A stretch of DNA of 64,000 nt from Tubiluchus corallicola. Taxonomy: Eukaryota; Animalia; Priapulida. The number at the start of each line of letters is the position of its first letter. The first letter of the stretch is position 1. Under the pieces are notes generated by a model. It was given only the letters and a program-made list of their open reading frames with translations, was not told the DNA's origin and ran no database searches. The position numbers were made by a program, and so were the translations under genes. Positions 53,889 through 64,000 of this stretch are shown one piece after another. The stretch is taken from assembly GCA_030141605.1 (NCBI GenBank), contig JAQGDQ010000430.1, positions 124,001-188,000 of the forward strand, given 5' to 3'.

Positions 53889-54415
53889 GTTCTTCAAATT
53901 TAATGCCGCTCACAACGAAGTGATAAAAATCAAAAGAAACAAGCTTTACTGTAAATTTATAATAAAATAAATTTAATATTCGTAATACGAGTTGAATTTT
54001 AAGTTGTAAAAGCTTAATATAGTGAGGGTTTAGTTTGACTTTAACTTTAAATTTTAGACAAACTAGTACAAAAACCATTTTCTGTTAGTCTGTCAATTGC
54101 CTCTAAATAATGAAGTAATAAAAACCAGCGAGTAAGAGAGACTTTGATGCAGATAATCTCTCTTAGAAGTAGAGAACAAAAAACAAGTTTGCTCTTTGCT
54201 TTTGTGGTGAGAGTCGTATTTGTCGAATAAAGAAATCAAAGGTGCACTATGACTATACTAACTTCAGTAAGGTAGTAATCAAAGCTTATAGGTAAATCAT
54301 CAAAAGACATGCAACGCGTCTTTCAAAACAGGATATTACAAAGCTTACAAGTTTAAACACCTCAAATGCCACGATAAACAGTGATCAAATGCCACGATCA
54401 AGTGACAATCTTTAA

Positions 54416-55017
54416 TGGAAGACAGGGTGGCTTTTCACTTACTCCCCTATTTTCAAGTTCGATAAAAATATACATTTTAACACAATTAATACTGCATAAT
54501 TATAATAACAGATCAAACTCTTAATTAACGGCGGGCAAGCCCAACTATTGTTGACATCACAAACTGACATAATTTTCAACAGCAAAAATATTCCATGTGC
54601 GTGTTGCACGTGTTTGCAAAAGCGAAAATTAAAGTACAGTGCTATTGTAAGCTATTTGTTGTACTAAAAACAAACAAGTTTTAAAACAAAAATTCAAATT
54701 TTAATTTTACCACTGTGCTCACGCATGAGTTTTCGAACGTGTGCAGTTCGTCACAAACTAACACAAACTGAACTGAGAGGTACAGCACCTGTTTTTTGTG
54801 CAATGTGTTTCCGAAATGCAGGCGCTATTGCTCGTCTAACCAGCGAACGACGAAATGCATATAACAGCGAAGAACTAGTGGCGCGAACACGAAATTGTAT
54901 TTGTGTGGTAATAATTCTTTCGCGTAAGTCATTTTTCAAAAAAATAGTATGTTTCCTTTCAATATTTTAAAGAGGAGATCATTTTGACCTACAATTTAAA
55001 ACTGGTCGGGTTTTGCT
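54416..55017 (+). mobile_element. Kolobok-like non-autonomous element, copy 5
   Basis: TTAA|TGGAAGACAGGG ... CGGGTTTTGCT|TTAA. Interior matches copies 1 and 3. Confidence 0.8.
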
Positions 55018-56149
55018 TTAATCGATGTTCCATGGGATCATAGACAATAGCGTTTACAACATGACAGTGAACGTAATTGTTGTTTTCGTCGCTGCTCACA
55101 ACTGCCTGCTTTAAGTTGAGCGAAGTAATCTAATTTTTCACTGCATCTAAACTTTTTTCATCGCTTCTCATCACTTCCCTGACAAGATATTTTAAGCAGG
55201 TCAGCCATTTTAATTGACATCCGCGAGTGAATGACAGACGCGCTGCTACGGCAACGATACAAAATTTGAAGTCGGTAAGCCCAGAGCTGATATCGATATC
55301 CGTTGACCATGACAGTTTAATAAACACGTCTTCACTAAAACCGTCTTGTAAGCTTGTCTACGCAGAAACGTCGACTAAGCATGTCAACACTGAGACGGTT
55401 CATTAAATCTACTTACACGGGTATGTTTGCTAGGACGTGTACGTGTTAATTTTGATTTTTTCTGGCATAAAGTTTCAAAGCTCCACTTAAAATGGTAAAC
55501 CGCAACATGTTTTCATTTGCTTAAATTATTATCAAATTCATTATGTAACAAATTTATCTGATTTGGCTACAATTTCTTCTACTATGCCGCCTAGTTTTAT
55601 TTTTCATGCGTCGCAGCTTTTAATTACCTGAAAGCTTTTGCTTATCCAAAGAAAACTAGCCATCTGCCATCTCAATTTAAATCGTTCTTTCAAGACAAAG
55701 TAGCAAAATTTTACTTTAACTTCAATTTAAAATTTCAGTTAGAATTTTCTACTGCTCTTATAACGTGTGGCAGTTGCAAAGAATTCATAAATGTAAAGCG
55801 TTATAACTCTTTACGCCTACCCTGCTCCTGATTTAACATGGCAAGACCCCTAAAGATTTATGAATATTGAAAGTTAAAGCTATGATGTTCAAGCTTCCTT
55901 TACGACGTCTTTTTAATATAAAAACGGTACGCATGATGTGTTATAGGCGACGCGTTTACCATTATAGCCGTGTAAAATATGTATTAAGATTGTTATGGGT
56001 GGATTTATGATGTTTCCTGCTCACTGGCTTCATCGGGGAGGCGGAGTTAATACTGATGACGTAGATTAAGAAGCTTTGAACAGAATTGTGTTACTGTTTA
56101 TGTAAAACAAACGTGCTAACTTTTAACAATTTCACCAATGATGGTAAAA

Positions 56150-56772
56150 TTACATATTTTAGAACGTCCCAGACAAAGGGAACGTTACTAAACGTCTTTC
56201 AGTTACATGTTTTAGTTACGTCCCAGACAAAGGGGACGCTACTAAACGACTTTCAGTTACATATTTTAGTAACGTCCCAGACAAAGGGGACGCTACTAAA
56301 CGTCGTTCAGTTACATATTTTAGAACGTCCTAGACAAAGGGGACGTTACTAAACGTCTTTCAGTTACATATTTTAGTAACGTCCCAGACAAAGGAGACGT
56401 TACTAAACGTCTTTCAGTTACATATTTTAGTAACGTCCCAGACAAAAGAGACGTTACTAAACGTCTTTCAGTTACATATTTTAGTAACGTCCCAGACAAA
56501 GGGGACGTTACTAAACGTCTTTCAGTTACATATTTTAGTTACGTCCCAGACAAAGGGGACGCTACTAAACGTCATTCAGTTACATATTTTAGAACGTCCC
56601 AGACAAAGGGGACGTTACTAAACGTCTTTCAGTTACACATTTTAGTAACGTCCCAGACAAAGGGGACGTTACTAAACGTCTTTCAGTTACATATTTTAGT
56701 TACGTCCCAGACAAAGGGGACGTTACTAAACGTCTTTCAGTTACATATTCTAGAACGTCCCAGACAAAGGGG
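56150..56772. repeat. 54-bp (53-54) tandem array of palindromic units, 12 copies
   Basis: acgtccc starts at 56164, 56218, 56272, 56325, 56379, 56433, 56487, 56541, 56594, 56648, 56702 and 56755. The unit contains TTTAGTAACGTCCC-agacaaag-GGGACGTTACTAAA. Confidence 0.95.
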
Positions 56773-57315
56773 ATACCAAAAATAGGTCAAAAACGATTGA
56801 AAATTCTTAGGAAAACTGATAATAATAATTAAATAATAATAATAATAATATAATTAGAATAAATAATAAATATTTTTTTATATTTATAACAATCACAGAT
56901 TTTTGCTAGTACTGTCACGTATGAATCCTATAATGAAAGTAAGTTCTGTACTTAATACTTACAAAACATAAGACAATCAATTTTATGTTTTGCATGCGAT
57001 CTGCATTATTAATTCCGTTTTCATGTTTCACGTTTCGGTTGGCTTCAAAAATTTAATTATTACGGAATCGTACTCAAAAACCCAAACTTGAACTGTTCAG
57101 GAGAAAAGGCGAAAAAGATCATTTTAAAAGGGTTTAAAAACATGATTTTTATGCTGAAATGAAATGATCTAACCTAATTTAGAAAAAAATAATAGATTTT
57201 CCTAAATCTGGAAACGAACCTGTAATATAATTCTACCTAGTAAGCAATATCTAGTGACGTTTAGATCAAAATAGAAAGTTGGACTGTTTTTCATCTAAAC
57301 TGAAAAGCTATTTAA

Positions 57316-57531
57316 CTCATTCAGTGTGATTAGGCTGATAACTATTTTTTCTCTGCTCCTCTAAATTCCATTTCCCATAGTTAAAACGAAATCGTGCAGA
57401 TCTGAAAATCAATGAAAAGACAAATTGCATCTTTAGTTCTCAGTCTATGATGTTAATAATGTGAACCTAATCACTTTTATGATTAGTTTCCAAACTACTT
57501 CACCAGACTAGTCCCGTGCGTGTTGAAAGAG
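57316..57531. mobile_element. Possible piggyBac-like MITE
   Basis: TTAA|CTCATTCA ... TGAAAGAG|TTAA. Only a short TIR supports it. Confidence 0.35.
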
Positions 57532-57668
57532 TTAAGCGGATTTCTACAGGTAAATGCTTATCAGTGATGTCATTGTGGATTAAGGTAGCCTTCACTTCAC
57601 ACAACCGCCAGGGGCATCACAATAATAAAATCAAAATCTGCGTGATCAACTGAAATTTACAGCTGGAA

Positions 57669-57762
57669 CACAGAAATATAGTTATTGCACAGTATATGTG
57701 CAATAATATAGTTATAGAAATATAGTTATAGAAATATAACTATCACAGAAATATAGTTATAG
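57669..57762. repeat. Short tandem repeat (cacagaaatatagttat) just 3' of tRNA-Ser
   Basis: About 5 imperfect copies of agaaatatagttat. Confidence 0.7.
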
Positions 57763-57772
57763 TAAAATGGTA

Positions 57773-57854
57773 CGACGAGGATGGGATTCGAACCCACGCG
57801 GGCAGAGCCCAATGGATTAGCAGTCCATCGCCTTAACCACTCGGCCACCTCGTC
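57773..57854 (-). tRNA. tRNA-Ser: tRNA-Ser (GCT)
   Basis: Reverse complement GACGAGGTGGCCGAGTGGTTAAGGCGATGGACTGCTAATCCATTGGGCTCTGCCCGCGTGGGTTCGAATCCCATCCTCGTCG. 82 nt, long variable arm, G discriminator, downstream TTTT. Confidence 0.98.
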
Positions 57855-59058
57855 AAGGTGTTCACGTAAGTTGTTCTACCAGTTCATATCATAATCACAA
57901 TCACATCATTCACATGTCGAATAAGAAATACACGCTTTTGTTACTTCCTCTTGAAATTGCCTGGTTTTGCAGTCTTATGCTTTTCAGTTGAATAAACTTT
58001 TATGATGGATGATGATGATGGTAAGTCTCTATTAGCCTCTTTTTGCAGGCAAAAATTTTTGTACAAACATTATGTAATTTTACATAGACACTCGAGTGAA
58101 TTCTACAATATTTCATGTTACGCATCCTGTAATTAGCTTTTTTAATTTGCGCGTATAACATTATTTACAGTGACGTTAAACAAGGAGAATTAAAGTGAGT
58201 GCTAAAATGAAGGTTATTACTGAAACAAGTTTCCTGTCTAGTAACATAAAAAATGCAAATAAATTAATATACTAAATTATTAAATTCCCAATTCAATATT
58301 TAAGTCCACAAAGAGTTACAACCAATAAACTCAAAAACTACACAAATTTATTCCTTATTTTACTAAAATTTAGCAGCAAGATCTTAAAATGAAAGGGTCA
58401 TTTACAAAATAGGTTAACGCCAATAATAAATTTATATTTTAAATTTTGATGATGTAAAATTTGTAAAATTTGTGATGGACTTGCGGAATACAACATCAAA
58501 GAGTATTTAAACATGTTTTTACGGACACTGGCTTAAAGCAATGAATTGTTTGGTTTAGTCGAGACTCTAACGTGATGGAGAAGCCAAGAAAAAGTCTTTA
58601 TCCACATACACTTTGATCTAATAAGCATATTGGATAGGCATATAAAAGTATTATTAGGTAAGACGTCACACTAACACACTAAAGTTGAGAGACGAAAAGA
58701 AATCACTGCAACAAATGACTATACAGTACATAATATACGCCATTATAATAAAAATTCTGTATTAAAATTGGTAATTTTTCATATAATTTATTTTCTTATG
58801 CGCTTTTATATAGCCATTACTTATATAGTGATAAACAAAAAGTATATCTACTGGCATAAACGCAATTTCCGTGATTCCTACAAGACCTACAAACCTATAA
58901 TGAATACATGATGCAAAAAAGGAGATTTTATGATTAATTTTATGACTGACGTGCGTGTGCGAGCTCCTAGCTGCACCTGCACATACTGAACCTGATGACG
59001 TGTTTACTATGGCTAATTAGCAAATAATTGGCCTGTTCGAGTGATCAAACAATGCCAC

Positions 59059-60545
59059 GTGTCTCCCACGATTTATAAATTAACATTTATGCGCCCCAGG
59101 ATAAAGCCAAAATGAATGCGTAATCAACGCTTATAGTGCAAGATTGCAGCATTTGCAGGTCTATACGTATGCACGAGAAAAAGAGAATTATCGCCTTGAA
59201 TAATAAATGGAAAAAGTAGTACACGGTGTTCCAAAAGAGCAGTGTCTTCCAGAATTTATAAATTAACATTTCTGCGCCCCAGGATAAAGCCAAAATGAAA
59301 GCATAATCAACGCTTATAACGCAAGATTGCAGCATTTGCAGGTCTATGCGTATGCACGAGAAAAAGAGATTTATCGCCTTGAATAATAAACGAAAAACGA
59401 AAAGTAGTACACGGTGTTCCAAAAAATACAGTGTCTTCTACAATTTGTAAATTAACTATTATGCCCCGAGATAAAGCCCAAACGAATGCGCAAATATGCG
59501 TATCATGCAAGATTGCAGCTTTTGCAGGTCTATACGTATGTACAAAAAGAAGAGAATTATTGTGTTGAATAATAAATGAAAAAAGTAGTACACGTTGTTC
59601 CAAAAGAGGCAGTGTCTTCCATGATTTATAAACTAACTACTATGTGCCCAGAATAAAACTAAAATGAATGCGTAATCAACGCTTATAATGCAATATTGCA
59701 GCTTTTGTAGACGTATGCGTATGTACGAATAAAGAAAATTATCGCCTTAAATAATGAATAAAAAAAGTAGTACACGGTGTTCCAAAAGAAACAGTGTCGT
59801 CCACAATTTATAAATTAACTATTGCGCCCAAAGAAAAGCCAAAATGAATGCGTAAACACGCGTATAATGCAAGATTGCAGCTTTTGCACGTCTATACGTA
59901 TGTACGAAAAAAGAGAATTATTGTGTTCGTGTGAATAACTATGGAAAAAGAAGTGTAGTGTAGGGTGTTCCAAAAGAAACAAAGTCTCCCACGATTTAAA
60001 AATTAACTAATATGTGCCCAGAATAAAACTAAAATGAATGCGTAATCAACACTTATAATGCAATATTGCAGCTTTTGCACGTCTGCACGTATGTACGAAA
60101 AAAAGAATTATCGTGTTGAATAATAAATGAAAAGTAGTACACGGTGTTTCAAAAGAAACTGTCTTCCACGATTTATAAATTAACATTTATGCGCGCCCGA
60201 GATAAAACTAGAATGAATGTGTAATCACGCTTACAGAGTAAGATTGCAACATTTGCAAGTCTATAGGTACATACAAGAGGAAGAGAATTCACGCTTTGAT
60301 TAATGAACGAAAAAACGAAATGTAGTACAAGGTGTTCCCAAAGAAACAGAGTCTCCTTCTATTTAGAAATTACCGTTTACGCGGGCCGGATAAAACTAAT
60401 ATGAATGCATATTCAATACTAGTAGTACAAGATCGCAGCTCTTGCAGGTATATACGCATACACGACTAGAAGAGAATTAGCGCGCTGAATTATGTACATG
60501 AAGAAGGAAAAATAACTAGCACATGGTGTTCAAAAGAAACAGTGC
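59059..60545. repeat. ~183-bp tandem satellite, 8 units
   Basis: Units start at about 59059, 59242, 59431, 59612, 59794, 59982, 60159 and 60349. Conserved blocks include aagtagtacacggtgttccaaaaga and caagattgcagc.tttgca. Confidence 0.93.
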
Positions 60546-61501
60546 ACTAGAAACATGCTTACATACTGAAAATGTAGGAGAAAATGTTTCAAAATGAACT
60601 TGGACACCTGCGTTATGACATCATAAAGACGTAAAAAATCTTATGTTGAAATAATACATATAACATGTATAACCACACTTACTATAATGTAATATTGCTG
60701 CAGTATACTTATATGCATTAATCCGACCAATATTTCTTTCCGTACACCGTGTAATTACGCCCATTCAAAAGGCTCTTTGCTTAATACAATATATTCGTTT
60801 ATATTTAGCACAAACAATACAATCACATTAGTGAATTAGTACAAAAAAACACAACATTCGGTTGGTAAACCAAAATTTTGTAAAAAGAGTTTTAAATTTG
60901 CATTCAAACGTGAAACGAATTGTCATACTTCTCGACTGGTCCTAGCATTTTGTCCATTAACTTAATCACGTCCCTTAATTTATTACGTTGGTATTCTTTA
61001 TGTTCTTGACCTAATGTCTTCCAACCACTTTGTACTATGTTCAAAGCTTTTATTGGTAGCCATGGTAAACCATGGTTGGTATAACTTCATCATCACTTAT
61101 TCCTTCAATACACATTGAGTATCGGCTCATTTCGCCAAAGCGCATTTCGTCATCTAAACATTTTGCTGTCATTAACAACAATAGTCCAGTGTACAGCTGA
61201 TCTTCTGCATAAATGCTGATGATAATTAAACGCTAACAGTTTGTGACGTGTTTATTTTCGCGTAACGAGCGCATAATATTTTCATTATTAAAATCGCTCA
61301 AGCGGCCAAGCCCTATAATCTCTGAATCCGGACTTCTTTCAGGGCTTATAGGAAGCATGTCAACAAGGCGAGTGAAGACGTTGTCAAGCCTAGTAATCAG
61401 CGAAGCTTAAACACTTGCTGGCTTCATCAACAACCATCACAATTGAAAATAGGGGCAAATAGAGGAACAATTACTTGTATATATATTTGGCTTTAAAAAA
61501 T

Positions 61502-61779
<278 letters not shown>

Positions 61780-62507
61780 TTGAAACTGACTCACGGTAAA
61801 TTTATAAATTTTTCCATGCGAAACTTACCAACTTACCGTAATATGAAGTAGGTCTGCCATAAACTTATACATACATTCTTAATTCTAGGTTGAATCACTG
61901 CATACTGCAGGTTGAAACTCTAGCAAAAAAGCTGTACCTAGAAAGATTTTCATTATATCTTATTTTTCTCTCCTTTCTTCTAGGTCTTACTAAGTTTATT
62001 CTCTTCCATTTTTGCGCGTTCTTGTCCGTATCTAGTGGACATAATTTCATTTTAGCAAGACTTGCCGAACAAGCAGTTACACTTCTGGCATTGTGAGCTG
62101 TGTATTTAGTTGGTGGATGTGTGCAAAATAAAGCATTCTTGTCTTTTTATTATTTCTTTCTTTCTTCTTCTTCTTCTTCTTTCTTTTTTCTTCCTTTCTT
62201 CTTCTGCTGCTGCCGCTTTTTTTCGAGGCATACCACGTAGTAACATAATAATCTACACATTTAGCCGATTAACTGTATTATGTATATGTGTGTTATGAAT
62301 TATAATATATACAATGTATTTAATAGTTTGAATTTAATTAATTAAAATTGTTTTTTTAACATTTGCTCCTAAAATGTCAAAGTAAAGTAACCTTTCGCAC
62401 CCCTTTCTAATTCCGTGCCCACGAGATCAAAGAAAACGTCTGTAAAATAGATCAAAATGTTTATATACATAATAGTTTGTTATTTGTTGTAGCGTATAGT
62501 TAACTGC

Positions 62508-62684
<177 letters not shown>

Positions 62685-62995
62685 AAGAAACTATGTACAA
62701 TATACATTACCTCTATTTGCGTCGACAACTATTAGTTAACTACTAATTTTATCATATTATTTTTCTCTAACATATATCCCTTATTGCGTAGTTGTTGTAC
62801 TTGTACTTGTACTTGAGATGATGAACAATAGAATGGCAGGTGCTTACGTTACGAAATTTACCTCGTTTTATTGTTCATCTTATCAAATGATGAATTTTAC
62901 GTTTGTACGTAATTTGGAAGACAGCTTCTGTTTAGTTTGTTTCTGGTGTAAGTGTTCTTGGTTCACTGTGGGGTTAGGAAAGGTGCCCCCAAAAT

Positions 62996-63386
62996 CAGGG
63001 CCGGATTATGACCGTTTGGGAACCAAAGCTAATGAAATTATGGGGCCCTGTCAGACGGAGTCAGTCGCTAATTCGGCCACGTCCGTCTTGAATACATATT
63101 TACTCATGTTATATTTTAGCGACATTTACACAGCTTGAAGTAAACTTATTGCAAATTCTTTAAATAGGCCAGAATAGGCATCTTTTGTCTGTCATTACAA
63201 ATATTCTTTAAGAAATGCCACTATCTTACTATTTATTGCAAACAAAATTAGCACGTGCTGTATTTAAACGCAACCGTTGTGAAAAAGCAGATTTTCTTAC
63301 AAAATGTTACAAAGTTTGAGAGCTCCACAAACTTACGGGACCCTAGGCTGCCACCTACACTAGCCTATAGGATATATCCAGCCCTG
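62996..63386. mobile_element. hAT-like MITE with 8-bp target site duplication
   Basis: Termini CAGGGCCGGAT / ATCCAGCCCTG. Flanks cccaaaat and cctaaaat match at 7/8. Confidence 0.75.
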
Positions 63387-63431
63387 CCTAAAATGGACTA
63401 CACAAGAAAAAGATTGAAAGCCAATGATCTA

Positions 63432-63869
63432 CCGTATTTTCCCGTGTATAAGAGACCCCTTCAATTTTTAGGCAAAAATTCTGGAAAAAAGTTTTTTCAG
63501 ACGGACATTTTTAGAGGGTAAAGTACAACTTTTTTCAACTCAGTGCGGTACTGAAAACAAAATAAAACCAGTTAATGTGTTGTAGAAAAAGAGTACTGTT
63601 ATATATTAAAGTGCGTACCTGCAAACCTGTAACAGGAAAAGAGAAAACGAGGAGATAATGCCTGTGTCACGATGCTTGTATTGCTTACAACCGCTTCATA
63701 GTCGAACGCCACACGCAAAACAGTTGTAGAGCACTTATTTCTTTAAAATCATTAGTGTCACAATTTATGCATCTTATTGAAAAGACTTACTCCCATGTAT
63801 AAGAGACCCCCTATTTTTAAAGTGAAAATTCTGAGCAAAAAAGGGTCTCTTATACACGGGAAAATACGG
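63432..63869. mobile_element. pogo/Tc2-type (Tc1/mariner superfamily) MITE
   Basis: Perfect 27-bp TIRs CCGTATTTTCCCGTGTATAAGAGACCC, TA target duplication on both sides, and an extra internal copy of the TIR motif at ~63791-63811. Confidence 0.92.
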
Positions 63870-64000
63870 TAACTATTTAGCAGATATAATATAGGCCTAA
63901 CAGTGCGTTGACGTTGACTTTCAACCAGTAGTAAATTCATTGCGTTGCCAAAAATATCAAATGCTTCTTTGTTACTCTTCAATGTTAGTGAATGCCTATA

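Noticed and set aside
54725-54970. ORFs inside the Kolobok-like copy as a transposase remnant
   Set aside because: Short, no catalytic motifs, and not reported as equivalent ORFs in the sibling copies.
56150-56772. 54-bp palindromic array as a CRISPR array or 18-aa repeat protein
   Set aside because: Linkers are near-invariant rather than unique, 53-bp units break the frame, and there are no associated genes.

Overview
AT-rich, repeat-dense genomic DNA from a metazoan, most likely an invertebrate bilaterian. It is not prokaryotic and nearly all ORF-track entries are microsatellite artefacts or chance ORFs. The one well-supported protein-coding feature is the first coding exon (first LIM domain) of an Lhx1/5 (Lim1) LIM-homeobox gene on the minus strand at 9516-9688, which the ORF track misses. 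Positions 1-9515 are its intron 1. I found no host coding exon in the ~54 kb upstream, which carries several GC-richer, motif-dense islands that look like enhancers. The window also has two identical initiator tRNA-Met genes plus a decayed third copy, one tRNA-Ser(GCT), five same-orientation copies of a ~600-bp TTAA-flanked Kolobok-like element, a pogo/Tc2-type MITE, hAT-like and piggyBac-like MITEs, tRNA- and 5S-derived SINE-like remnants, LINE 3' ends, a probable solo LTR and a foldback element. Three tandem arrays stand out: 56 bp, a 54-bp hairpin-forming unit, and ~183 bp with dimeric higher-order structure. I cannot support a claim of a wholly new biological system. The best candidates for follow-up are the hairpin array, the 5S-derived repeat family and the Lhx1/5 regulatory landscape.
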